A DNA stretch of 64,000 nt from Sphagnum compactum (taxonomy: Eukaryota), in contig OZ234493.1 of assembly GCA_965153455.1 (NCBI GenBank), positions 9,104,213 through 9,168,212 on the forward strand, written 5' to 3'. The notes under the pieces were generated by a model. The model worked only from the letters and a program-made list of their open reading frames with translations, was not told where the DNA came from and did no database searches. Position numbers and translations under genes: made by a program. Position 1 is the stretch's first letter; the number at the start of each line of letters is the position of its first letter. Positions 25,101-38,537 of the stretch are shown one piece after another.

Positions 25101-26985
25101 ACCTAACTCAATACCTATTTACCTATCTAAGTAAAATAATAAGTAGGTATGTAATAAGTGCCCAACCTAACCTAACCTAACCTAACCTACTAGGCTTACC
25201 TACTTAACTTAACTTAAGCTAGCCCCTAGGGTGCAAGTATAAGAACTTGAACCCTTCACTTCCATGAAGATAATCCAAGTCTTTAACTAGTGCACCACAC
25301 CAATATATGATGATAATGTTTTTCAATTTATTTATTTCACAACTTGTTACATACACTACTTATGCAACAAAAAGGTAGATAATATGTAGGTAGCTTATAG
25401 GTAAGTGGGTAAGTAGTTAAATCACCTACCTACCTACCTAACTACTAGGTTAAAAATTAGGTAGATAGGTAATAGGTGCCTACTTTAACCTACCTAGCCT
25501 ATTTTAGCCTACTAAGTTTACCAATTAAGTAATAATAACCCTTTTTACCCTACTTAATAACTAATAAATGAATTTGTATACTTTGAATTGAAATAACAAT
25601 TTAAATGCACCATATATCATCCAGTCATGTATAGTTGCAAATATTGTTTCGAAAGCAACTTGGTTGTCAACCATCAATGGATGCCACCAATAATGAATGA
25701 CATATACTCATTTTGTCATTATTTTCATCTAAACTTGTGATAGTTAGAAATTGTAGTTTCATGTATGATTAAAATTTGAATCCATCATATTCTAATCACC
25801 TATGTAACTATGGTGACATGTAGGATTGACACAAGTGTAGTCCCAAAACGAATTGATTTGGACATTTGCCACACACTAGTTGCAAAAATAGGGTCAAAAT
25901 GGACAAGATTTCTTTTAATGTAGCTAAGCAAATGTCTAATCTTTGTGTGTAGGGAATTTGGACTGAATTGAAGATTTGATGTAGGTTCCATATAGTTGTG
26001 TTCCTTCATGAATTAACTTCTCGTTGTCATTTTAAAATTTTTGTTGTTTGTGGCATCCCCTCATTGCTCATTCATTTTGGTTTTTCAACCCTTTCCCATG
26101 AATGTCATTGTAGCTTTGATTTTTTTAAAAGTTATGACTAAAGTCAATTTTTTATGATTTTATTATTTATTTCTCAGTTGTAGATAATGCAATTTATTTG
26201 TAGCTTTCTCTTTTAGCTGCTAGTATCATTTTGCAATGTGTCATTGCTCAACATTATTTACTTTTGCAATGTTGTCATTTGTAAATTATTATTGTTTAAA
26301 ACATTGACCATCCTTTGCTTTCTATAGAATGTTCATTTTGTGTATTCTTTGGTTGCAACAACTATTTGCAAAATGATTTATAATCTTTGTAATGTTTTCA
26401 TTTGAGTGACATTATTGGTCACAACCACACCTTCATGGTTTGTGTTTTTGGCATTTGAAATATTTCATTTAGTTGTGATGTCTCTTTGCTCAACATCCTT
26501 TGTATTCTATAGTCATTTCATTTGTGTTACATTCTTTGGTTGTGGCATATTTTTTTGTTTAGTATCCTTTGCTGTTTGTTGTTGCTTTGAAATTACTTTT
26601 TTCAAGGTCTCCTTGTGCTCAATGTCATCATATCATTGTTCAATTTCATGAGGTCATTAAAAATTCATATTGCTTGCACAATTTTTATAACTTGTTATCC
26701 AAGCACAAGACATGTTGATAGAATTGGTCAAATCTATTTAGAATGTCCATTTAAATCATTGGTTTTGTAGGTAAATTGGAATTTTTTTTAATGATGGCAC
26801 AAATGATTGTAGATTTATGTTCAAAATTCAATGGTTTAGAATGTGTGGGTTCTCCATAATTACATGATCTCTTACATTTATGAATTTTTGTTGAATCAAA
26901 GATTAGGTGGTTGGGTTAAAACAAAGTTGATGACTTCGTATTTTTATATCTTACAACTCAATAGGATGACAAGAAATGGATTGAA

Positions 26986-26987
<2 letters not shown>

Positions 26988-27018
<31 letters not shown>
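26988..27018. repeat. (TA)n microsatellite
   Basis: Direct reading. Confidence 0.9.
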
Positions 27019-27021
<3 letters not shown>

Positions 27022-27337
27022 AGGAATTAACAAAAAGATTGAAACACAAAATGGTAAAATATGATATCAAATATATGTGTGTGGTGGTAATGAACATTTG
27101 GCTACTGCATGTTCATGATATAATTTAGCACATCCATTTCAATACTTCCAATGCAATGAACTATTCACTATTGAAAAATCAATAATTCAACTTATTTTGC
27201 ATAAGTCTATATATGTTAACCTTAAACCACTTAAAAGTCTTCCTAAATGAACTTTAGATCCTATTTCAATTTAACAAAAATCTAACCATTCAACTCATCC
27301 TTTTAATTCATTAACTAAAACAATGAAGGTAGCACCT

Positions 27338-28138
27338 AAGGCGAAAATATCCTTGGGTGGTACCATTAGGAACCACCTTGCAAAAATCACAAAAAAATTA
27401 AACTTAATTTAAGAAATAAATTCCATCTACTTATACATTGATTTATTTGATTAGACTAGGAGGGCTATGTTTTCCCCACTTGTGCACACACTCAAAAAAA
27501 ATAATGAACACCCAAAAACCTATAATATGCATTAGCATTTTGATTCTTGAACTATTCCTAACCCATTTTTAACCCCATTCCTAATTCTTTTTTAAAAAAT
27601 GTCCTCACATTCACACATTACATTATTTGTCTTATTTATTTAATACATGCACAAGGGAATGATCCAAATTGGTCATTAAAATAACAAAAGGTGAAAATAA
27701 TTATCATTTGTATTCTTGACATCAATGGCCCTTTAGGATTTAATGATCTTGACCTAAAAAATTCATAACTAAATGTAAATTGATTCAATCAATTATTTAT
27801 AAAAAAACATTAAGTAGGTTGGCATTTGAAGTATTTAAAAAAATTAACATCCTAAAGAATTCCAAAAAAATAGATTCCTTTTGTGGTCCTAATAAAAAAA
27901 ATCCCTCGTGTTACATTTCTAAAACTTTTTTTTGTATGCATTCATTTTCCATATCAAAACACATTTTTTTATAAGTTTAATTAGAATTTTGAATTCTACA
28001 TGGTTTGGTAACCTTTTGATAAATAATTTGGAATGAAATTTTTTATGTGAGTCCTATGTTGTTTTGAAGTTGGATGGGTCTCAGAAATTTGAGATGTGAT
28101 GTTCTTAGTGGGTCCACCCAAGGATAAGTTTGTCCCCT
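27338..28138. mobile_element. ~800-bp TIR element (MITE)
   Basis: Inverted ends TATCCTTGGGTGGTACCATTAGGAAC / GTTCTTAGTGGGTCCACCCAAGGATA. The TSD is ambiguous (ACCT or TA). A further TIR-like fragment lies at ~28615-28660. Confidence 0.65.
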
Positions 28139-29094
28139 ACCTCTTAAAATAGTGGAAGTAGGTGTTTTTTAGTTACTCTTACTTATTATTTCAATAAAGT
28201 GAAATTATTAAATTACCATAGTAACTAGTAAAAATAGTCCCATATTCGATATTTTTCCTTTTACCACTTTAATTTTTGTGCCTTGATAGTCTATTATGAT
28301 TTGATAATTTCCCCTCGAATGTTATAATTCTTGTGTTTTGAATATTTATTTCAATTTGATAGTTATGCCTTTAGCCTATAAAATCTTGTAGACAACCACT
28401 TCTTCTATTGGCTAGAAGCTGAAGGTCGGTTTGGATTGGTTACAATGAAGAAGGCCTTTGTCTTATAGGTTCTTTGACTCCCAATGCTTGGGTTGAGCAT
28501 TTTGTCTTAAACAATGGTCACCTCAATTGTTGATCTCCTCACAATTTTGGGTCAATGTTTTATGTTTAATAATGTGTGTTTAATTACAAGCTTTACATTA
28601 TTATTGGGAAAACCATCTTTGAGTGGTATCACTAAGAAGATCACACCTCAAAATTTTGAATTTTTTTTTTCAAAATACTCGACCAAGACCTAAGAAACAA
28701 CAATGAGACATGTGCGAGCTTCTTCATCTATTGTCATTCCGTGTGGGATGATAACATGTGAGGATGGAGGTGTTCCCAAGGTAAGGGCCCCCCCTAGGTA
28801 GTTGTGCAGGGATGGACCCCCCACTGGTAATGGCCCCTATCTGAGGGCATTATGCAACATAATAACCTGGCAGATTTTTATTTCTTTCTTTCCCTTGAGA
28901 CCCAGGGACAAAGAAAAAGAGAGAGATGAGTGTCCCAAAAGTGGTGGAGACTCTCTAATCCTCAGAGGCACAAGAGGCTTGGACATGGCCAACTAACCTC
29001 CTCAAACAGCTGAAGGAAAACCCCTTAGATAGATAGAGCCCCCTGAAACAAACTTTGAAAGGGAATAGGTAATTTTCACTAGTAGGCTCTCTAA

Positions 29095-29295
29095 TGGTGC
29101 ATTCACACTTGATGTTAAATCAATGTTAAGTGTAAATCTAGGTGGCATCCAATGTTAAATGGGTGATAGCTTAATGTTAGGTGAATATTAGTTTCACATA
29201 AAATCTTCATGATAAGTAAGTTGAAGTCTTAAATGACTAGTATGGTGATAAGGGACTCAACATTGGAGTGCTTAACATCAAGTGTGAATGCACCT
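29095..29295 (+). mobile_element. Tourist/PIF-Harbinger-like MITE
   Basis: GGTGCATTCACACTTGATGTTA ... TAACATCAAGTGTGAATGCACC TIRs, TAA TSD on both sides. Confidence 0.9.
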
Positions 29296-30649
29296 TAAGT
29301 GATTAAGACCATGCCTTGAATTAGGGAAAAGGAAATCATCATATGGGAGGCCATCATTGAGTACTGTAGCTTAGGGTCAATTTTCACATGGACAGGACAA
29401 AATAAATTCATTTTTAATAAACTTTAAATCATTATTTTTTCATGATTTACTATGATATCTTCATATGAAGACTGAAATTACTCAAATTTATAGCCTGAGA
29501 TGATTATGTGGTTTTCAACAACTCAGCTTTATATTTTCACAAAAAGATCATTTCATTCTTTTAAAAGATTATTTAATGACAAAATTGATTAATATTTAAT
29601 ACCATTTGTTTCAAAATAAATAAATAAATAAATATTCTCTAAATCCATGTAATTATTTTCTGAACATTACAATTGTCTCACTAAATCAAGGTTTCTGAGC
29701 TCAAATCTAACATTTATTGGGCTTAATGTGGCCACTAAGATGCATTGCTCAAGAAGGTCAAGGTACCACCATGGGGGGTTGTTCACCCTGGCCACTAGCC
29801 TCCTAGCTATGTGTGCTCTCTTTACTTCTTTTTTTTTCTGTTTTCTGACACATTCTCCTTCTTTGGCTTTACTTGCTCTTTCCTTACTTATCCTCAAAAA
29901 AGCCTACCTATTTTTGTGTGTCCCCCTCCCTACTACCCCCCCTCCCCTCCCCCCAAACAAAACTATCTATTGGGAAGGGTTGTGTTGTGTGTTTCTTTTG
30001 CAGGGTTTTGACTCACTTGTTTGTTTTGATTAGCTTTAGTTTGAGGACTATTTGGAATTGGAAAGGTGCAAAATAATCTTGGGACACTTTAAGGAAAAGG
30101 AAGAAATAAGAGGCAAGGTCAATAAGAAAAACAAACTGTCATTTTGTTGAATAGAAAAAGCAAAACACAAGAGGAGGAGAGAGGAAAAGAGGGGAAAAAA
30201 GAAAAAAGAAAGTTGATAATAATAAGAGGACAAATGAAAAAGTCTCAAGATCTCGTTTGAGATTCCAAATAGGACAAGAGACATGGCCTCACCACCAGAG
30301 TCCAGAAGCTCTGAAAATCCCACAAAGCCTCCTCTTCAATAATGCAAAATTGCAGCTAATATTCTGCAAATGTACATATATGAAGCTGGCAAAGCTTGGT
30401 GTGTAAGTAAAGTATTGAGAATACGGTCAGGATTATTATTATTGTTATTGTTACTTGAAATTTATCGTATGGTTGCCCCTGGACATTTAAAGTGACATTT
30501 TCAGTGATAACTACTTCATTTTCAAGCCTAACTATTTCATTTCTTCCTTTGATAGTTACTTCCTTTCCTATTAACTTCTTAATAATTATTTCTCGTCTTT
30601 CTTAATATCAACCTTCATCTTTTACATGTCTCACTCTTTTTTCCCTACC

Positions 30650-31530
30650 TCACCTGCGACAACGATACACCTCAAAATAGAGGTGGCTTGTGCTCTGCAA
30701 AACTACCCAAGAGCTTGGTGTGGGCTCCAGCTCTTGTCAAAGAACTCAAGCAATATGGTTTCCTCATCTGGGTTTAGGCCTTGTTTGATGGATTATGGCA
30801 GATTAGAAGGCCTTGTGTATGTTGCCATTCTAATCTGCCATAATCAATCAAACCCGTCCCACATCGCTTTCTTAAGCCTAGCATCCTGCCACCTAACCCC
30901 ATTGGATTGAGATCGTTTTCTCTCAATCCTTATGTGCTAGAGTGCAATTCAGTAAGGACCAAAGCATGCTAAATTTCCTAACACCTTTAGGCAGTTCCTT
31001 GTTGGATAAGGACTGCTCTATACTTAGGGCCTTCAGTGTACCACCTTCCCTTGCTGGCCTCTTGAAGCTATAGAGAAATATAAAAGCATATTCCCGTGCT
31101 TTTACTGCTCTGTGGCAATGCCAGAACCTATGCAACACAGTTTTAGCTACCTCGGGCTCACATGATGGACATGAAGTCGAGATGTTTCTATCTATCTCTG
31201 CTCTCCATGCATTAATTGGACCTCGCATACATGAACCTCGCATCTCTCTTGTCTCGACGATTCAACCAAATTTTATCCTTGCACTTTAGAGAGAAGTTCT
31301 GTGGGACGATTGCGCTCCACAAGCCCGTGACATTTCTTGTCAAGATTTGTCGTGGATTGAGTGGCTCTCTGCCTAATCTAATGCATTAAAGTCCATTAGT
31401 TCTTTCCCACACCTCCAGCTCTAGAGTCTTGGATCCAAACTTAGCTCCTCTAGCCTTACCACCCACTAGGGTATCCAGGCCGGTCACCGAACACTTAGTG
31501 CCTCAGAGGTCTGCGAATTTCTGGAGAGTG
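30650..31530 (-). mobile_element. Degenerate LINE (L1-like) 3' fragment with zf-RVT-type zinc motif
   Basis: ORF 30923-31243 encodes SCPSCEPEVAKTVLHRFWHCHRAVKA (CxxC..H.F..C), typical of the plant L1 ORF2 C-terminus. Boundaries approximate. Confidence 0.65.
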
Positions 31531-32320
31531 CTCCTTTGAAGTTCATGTCCGAAGAGGAATTGTAGCCCTACTATTTGCGCACCCACAGAAAGGTGAATCG
31601 TTTAAAAAGATGAAGAAATGAGTCAGACATGACCCTCCAAAGTAAAAAAGGGGGGGGGGGGGGGGGGGGGGGTCAAATGGTGGAAACGAAAAACCACCGA
31701 ACACTTGGAAGACTATTACCGAACACCCAAAAAAGTCTTTGAAAGTTGCTCTATTTCCTTTATGGTTCAAAGATTATTTGTAGATCATAAGGTTGCGCTC
31801 TTATATCACTTTAATCACTTAAATTGAACAAGAAACGAGAAAGTTATGAGCAAGTAAGAGGGGTAGAAGAGATGAAAAGAGAAGAAAAACGCGTTTTATA
31901 ACTTGGAAAAGCTTATTTCTCTTCTTGCTCTTCTATAATTACCCCTTTGCCTCTGCGGTTCAAAGACAAATTGAAGAGCTCAAGTTAGCGCTCCCATAAT
32001 GTTTTAAATCACTCAAAATGAAGAAGAGGAGAGGAAGATATGAATAAAATGTTCGGTCATAGGTGGTGTTCGGTCATAGGGCAGGTTAGCCTAACCTTTT
32101 CCAAGCCCGCTTGATCTGTCCCCATAGCTTGGATTCCGGATAGCGTTTGTGACTTTGTTCCCTTGTTGAGTGTTTTCCTTTATTTATTTACTTATTTATA
32201 TGTAACCTCTTATCATAGCCCAATTCAAGTTACCCAAGAAAACATGCACCTCTCCATTTTAAATCGGAGCAAAAGCTCCTCCTCTTTTTAGAAGTTTGAT
32301 GTTTTGGTCTTGCAAAAACC

Positions 32321-35300
32321 CACTACAAGGAATTTGTATGTTCATGACTAATTTTTGCAATTGTCAATGATTATTTTTTAATCATAAATAACACTATGTG
32401 ATTATAAATTTCTTTAATTGCTTTGAATAAGTCACATAAATTTTTTGTCACAAAAAAGACAGTATGTGACATTAAGTTTATATAACAATATATAAGTTTA
32501 TATATCAAAGTGAAATTTACATTCACTTTTCATCCAAATGACATTTAGCTTATGTGGCATGGTCATTTATAATTAGTTTTTATGATTAAAATGTGTACTA
32601 ACATAAGCACAAACATTTACAAGTAGTTTTATGACTAAAATGTGAAATCTACAAAGTTTTTTATCCTTAAAATGTTGACACATGACAAGTTGCAAATTGA
32701 ATAAATGGCACCACCTAACCTACATAGGCTGGCCTAGGCTACATGACCTACCCTACTAGCCTAAGTGCTTAAGCTAGGCAGCCCAACCTCCCCAACCTAA
32801 GTTGCCTAGAATAAAAACATGGGTTAAGGTTAGGTGGCTTAAGATAGGCGGTTTTAGAATAGGCACTTAAACTATCTAACCTAGATTAAAATATATAATT
32901 GCAATAGTAACGACTTTGATCCCCTCACCTCCACATTTGAAGGGCAAATTGCTTATGATTGCACAAATATTTTTAATGTAATATGGAATGGATTCACATT
33001 TTAATTAACATTTTATTTAAACTACCTTAAACTATGTAAACTATTTACAATTTTACAAAACATGGTTTTAATGGTAATCAAATTGTGACTAAATTGATTA
33101 TAGAATAAAATTATTAGTTTAAAATGATTAGGTGTGTCTAGTATGAATAACATCAAAACTAAGTATGTCCATTATGACTTTTAAAAATTAATTATCTACT
33201 CAAATCAAACATTTGTAATATATACATGTGGCAAATGTGGCACCCAAATGAATTTGTTTGATTTGATTATTATGACTATTGTGACTAAATTTTCATCCAA
33301 ATATGACACCTTGTGATTGTAGTGCTACTTTGATGATGTGGTAACATTAAAATTGAACAAAATATGTGATTATTATTATTAAGTAATTAATAAAATATAT
33401 AATAAAATTCTCATGTTCTTAATTTGTTTTATAATGATCCTCTTATTAAATAAGGTAACTTTTTTTTTTTAATTTATTATGTTGAGATCTCCCAAACACA
33501 GCACCTCCTATCACACTCTTGGTACCATTGGAGTTTCAATGAGTAAGGGTGTGCCAAGTTTTTGGACTCATGGTGCAAAAATTATTGAATATTAATTTTA
33601 TCATTGAAAATTTAATGAAATCAAAACAAAAAATTTCAGGGCAATTGTTGCATGATCTTGATATTGTTGGAAAACCCTCAATTATCAATAGGAGATATTA
33701 ATCTTGATTTTTTTTTTGAAAATCCAATAACAATGAGAATTCAATTTTTAGAAAAAAAAAAAATTTGGATATCAAGTGTTATTGCAAAACCCTCAATGAT
33801 TAAAATTTAATGGTGATAGTTTTGTAATTTTTAAACCTAAGGTCCATGAAATATTGAATTTTGAATGATCTTTGTATCCAAAATTTTCGTAACAAATGAA
33901 AAATCCAATTATAGTGGAATTTAAATTATAATTTCAATTTAGGCTAAAACATTTGAGGTAAACTTTTGCTATTTTTGGAAATCTTTCAATGAGTAGGATT
34001 TAATGAACATGGTTTTGTAATTGTTATACCTGAGGTGCAAGAAATATGGAACTTTGAATAAATTATGTTTTTCATTAAAAATTTACTAACATATGCAATT
34101 TCAACTTTTAGTGAGAATGAAAGTTGGGGGACACTTTTGTTGTTGTTGGAAAAACCTTGATAAATAGGATTTCATGGAAATTGTTTTGTAATTTCAAAAC
34201 TAAGGTGTAAGAAATATTGAGTTTTGCATGAAGAATTTCACTAAAAATTCAATAATAAATGAAAATTTCAAAGCATGGATATAAATTAATAATAATAACT
34301 ATGACATTAATAACATTTTCAATCAACTTCATTATGAACAATATTGACATTTGATTACATTGATTTAAATTTATGTATTTCACAATGGAAATAATTCATT
34401 AATAATTTCAAGATTAAATCATTTTGATAAGAAAACATTACTTTGAAGTTTTTTAGATAAATATTATAAAATAATCTAAATGTATTGACATTTGAAAAAT
34501 AGAAACATATTGAATTATATGTAATTATGAAATTTGTTTTTTTTTTAATAATTGAATTTTTATATTCAAGTTTATAGCCAATTTCAAAATAATATAATGT
34601 TTGAAAATTAATACGTAATATTTTGACACATGAAATTGGAAATTTTTTAGTAAGTGAATACATTTATGAAATTTGAAAATTGAAAATTACACACCATTAA
34701 TTAAAGACATTACATTTGAATTTATATTCTGAATAAATAATTTTAAAATACTACATTTAAGTTTTTGAAATACATATTTTATTTTATTTTTATGTCTATA
34801 TTATTTGGATGTCAATGTTTTTCAGCATGTGATGTTGTGATTGGATGGTTAACGCATTGATGTGTGGCTAAGACATTGAAGGGTTTGATTTTCTTTTGTG
34901 TCATATGTTAAAAAATTGACACATGGCATTATAATGATTATAAAAAAAACGAAATGGAAAATTAAATGTGGGTTTGGCGATTGTTGGTACTTTAGTTAAA
35001 TTGTCTTTTTTTTCTTCTTAGGTAGTTTAGTCCAAGAACAAATTTGGTAAACCCATGGTAGTCCAACAAATCATACATATGACAATTCTTCAATATATAT
35101 ATATATATATATAATTTATTTGTTTGGCCATGTAAGATGTTAAGTCAACTTGATTAAAATTAGTCAAAAAGACCAACATAAAAACCATGGTTTTGTACCA
35201 ACGTTAAAGGTCTACCTAAAGGTTGCCTAAGTTATTTAAGGATTATTTATTCCAAGTAACGTACCTATGGGTCTACCTAGGGTTAGGGGTTGTCTAAATT

Positions 35301-35738
35301 AATTAAAATACTTAGGGGTCAACCTAGGGGTTTCTTATGTTATTTAGATTACTTAGGGGCTTACTTAAGGGTTGTTTAAACTACATGTGGTACTTGGGGG
35401 TTGGTTAAGTTATTTAGGTTGCCTAGGCTTAAGCAACCTAAGCCAACATGTAATTGTTTGACCATTAACACATACATTTGCAACCATGATATATTATAGC
35501 CATAATTCAAGTTGAACAATACATCACATGTTGTGTAGTCACTTATGAATCACATTACCAATTGTAAAAATAACTAAATTTTCATCTATTATTACCTGCC
35601 ACCAATTGTGAATGACATGAACACATTTGTCATTTTCATTTTCATCCAAATTAATAGTAGTCATAGGTCATAGTTGATGTACAACTTATAATGATGTTGT
35701 AATCAAAAATGTGATTACAAGATGTTTTTACTATGGTG
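32321..35738. mobile_element. Putative non-autonomous CACTA-like element with internal insertions
   Basis: Begins CACTACAAGG, ends TTTTACTATGGTG; subterminal ATGACTA/TAGTCA repeats and CCTAAG/CTTAGG-rich arrays near both ends; only CC is duplicated at the flanks. Confidence 0.5.
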
Positions 35739-36142
35739 CCATGAAAAATAGTTAGAACGACAATTGCAAAATTGGTCGATTTGGACACATGGGTTAGTAT
35801 GGACATGATTCCATTTAATTACCCTTGTAAAATTTCATGATTTTTTAAATTTTGGTAAAAAAAGGTGATCCTTCAAGTTGGGATTGCTAGATCTTATGAT
35901 AACCTCCTTAACTTTTATAGCAAGAATGTTTGGTTGGTCATAATCCTATCGTTGCTATTACAATGATTGTCCCAAGAATACTTGAAACTCCTTTCAAACT
36001 TAGGATGTTCCAGTAGATCCAATTTTTGTTTTAGAGATGAACCCATGTTAGCTTCTCCTTGTTTGAGATAAGCCTCCCACATCTCGATGACTTATCTAGC
36101 CTATATTCTACCACATTTAGGTTTCCACAAAAAAGCCACTTG

Positions 36143-36426
36143 CAATCCCCATAAATTTCATTATTCATAATAGGGATTTTTAATGGTTGTTTTTTCCAAA
36201 TGAACATGAATCAACAAAACAAAGTTTCATCTAAAAACTTATCACCTTTTTTGACTAGGTAACTTAAAAGAACTCATAAGTGAATACTCAATCCCCATAA
36301 ACTTCATTTTTCATAGTTATTTAGTGATTGTTTTCTCCAAATGAACATGATCAACAAAACAAAGTTTCATAGAAAAACTTATCACCTTTTTAGACTAGAT
36401 AACTTGAAAGAACTCATAAGGGAGTA
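36143..36426. repeat. ~146-bp tandem duplication (2 copies)
   Basis: CAATCCCCATAAA at 36143 and 36289; shared CAAATGAACATGA..CAACAAAACAAAGTTTCAT..AAAAACTTATCACCTTTT..AAGAACTCATAAG. Confidence 0.9.
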
Positions 36427-37338
36427 GTTGAGGCTTGTGAGTGTTGAAACTATGCACAATAATTAGTGCACTTGAGTTAGTTATAAGACATAACCATCTT
36501 TCGTGAGAATTGAGATGCCCTTTTTTGCATCCATGCAAGGAATAATTTTGAAATTTTCATCCAATGGTGAAAGGTTATGGAATTGTTGGGCCATTTAGAT
36601 CCAAGGGTGCAAGTACCCTTGTGCTGATAAGTAGGTCACTAATGAAACACACGTTGAAGGTTATGGTTTGTAACTTGTGACAACCAATCATTGCATAGAT
36701 TTTCAAGAGGGGTGGTTATATGAACATGTTACAGAGGAGGAAGAGGGGTCTAAAAGAAGCTCTCACGGTAATTGTAATCCAGTTGTAGCCTACCCCTTGA
36801 AAAGTTAGGGCTACTAATCCACATCAGTACCCAAATCAATACCAAACCCTTTATATCATTACTCAAATCCTCTGGACCTATTTGATAACAATAGTAATAG
36901 TAGTAGTAGTAGTTCAATGCAATTAGTTAATGGTCCTCAATCCACACCCTTATCTAAATCCCACATTTTCTATTTTTTTTGGTCATAGTAATAGTAATAG
37001 CTACATGTGCAATGAGTTGGGGTTTAAGCATTAAATAGGCCAAGGCAAAATGACAACCAAAATGGGAAATTACTTGGATAAAAGATGGTGAAGGAGATTG
37101 ATTACTTTGTTCCCATGCCTTAAATTGTTTTTGGTGAATTTTTTTGCAATACCTATATTGGTGGTGATGCAATAGCATTGCAATACCCATTCCAAGGTCT
37201 CGTATCATGGCCAAAATAGCTACATAATATATCACACATGCATTTGGGATTAATCCAAAAACCTCTTGATTATAAACAAGGTATTTTGGCCTATTACTTT
37301 CATAGTCCCCCATTAGCAACAATGTGAGGAAAAAAATA

Positions 37339-37752
37339 TCTATCTATCAAGCTGGAAGGTTGTTTGTTTGTTTTGTTTGTTTCCCAAATCATGGCCCCTT
37401 TTGCTGCACTCTTGGTACTGTTGGAAAGCCCTTGATGAGTAGGGGCACATTAAGTTGGTTTCACACTGTTTCAACCTATGGTGGAGAAGTTATTGAATAT
37501 TGAACAATTTTTTCATTGAAATTTCATTTAGATCAAAAATTATAATTATAAGAAAATTTGGTGCATTCTTGAGATTTTTGCAAAGCCTTTACTGAAGGTG
37601 ATTTGGAAAATTTTAGACCTAAAGTGCAAGAGATATTGAATTTTGATGGTTTTTGTCATTGGAAATCTGACTAAATGTTTTAAATGGTTTTGGGAGGAAA
37701 TTTTAGTTGAGTAATTGCTCCACATTTGGGCCAATGGCACAAGTTACACTCA
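37339..37752 (+). mobile_element. Probable non-autonomous Helitron-like repeat; related longer copy at ~33440-34330
   Basis: A|TCTATCTATC start; the internal block ACTCTTGGTAC..TTGGA..GAGTARGG is shared with 33515-33550; the 3' CTAG is degenerate (CTCA). Confidence 0.45.
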
Positions 37753-38339
37753 TATATTGTTAATTGGAACCTTTTTGGTTCATTGCATTCCCAATGGTCA
37801 TTCCTTGTGGCACAACCATTGGGAACACAATGAACCAAAAAAAATCTTGAAGTACAAGATTGGATGAAGATGGTGGATGAAGATGTTCATCCATCATGGA
37901 TGGGATGTAACCCCCAATGTGGTTGTTGATTAGCCCAAGGCATCCATATCATGTATCTAGACGATTTATCCAAATAACATATGTTAGTTGAGGATATGTT
38001 AATCCACATCATTTCTCCAAACATTTATCCATCCTAAATCTTGATTCTTTATTTTGGTGCAACTAATTGTATTTTTAATTTAACAATATGTATATATATA
38101 TACTGGGATAGTGGATATTGTTGCCACACTAGGTGTTTCTTGACCAGTAGGCTACTCTACTTCCTTGGTTTGCTACATTATTTCATACTAGCACAAAGGT
38201 GGTGATGTGGTGATATCATCATCTTGACAGGTCTTCATTTGTTCACAACCCAAAATTATTAGTAACATAACAAGGAGTTGACTATTACATCTTCTATCAA
38301 ACATTAAGAAAAGTAGGAACCAACAAGCGAGCTCTTTAA

Positions 38340-38537
38340 TGGTGCATTCACACTTGATGTTAATCCAATGCTAAGTGAAAATCTAGGTGGCATCCTAGGT
38401 GGCACCCAATGTTAAATGGGTGATAGCTTAATGTTAAGTGAATGTTAACTTAACATAAATTGTTCATGGTAAATAGGTGTAAATCCTAAATGACTAGCAT
38501 AGTGTTGAGTCTCCTAACACCAAGTGTGAATGCACCT
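38340..38537 (+). mobile_element. Tourist/PIF-Harbinger-like MITE
   Basis: Same TIRs as the 29095 copy; TAA TSD (38337-38339, 38538-38540). Confidence 0.9.

Noticed and set aside
25238-25303. Functional tRNA gene (also 43762-43828)
   Set aside because: Only A/B-box-like remnants are present; I could not form a convincing cloverleaf. Reported as a tRNA-derived module instead.
24788-25920. Possible additional CACTA-like element (CACTA...TAATG)
   Set aside because: Flanks (TTC vs TAG) give no TSD and the TIR match is weak, so boundaries are unsupported, although the interior resembles the other CACTA-like elements.
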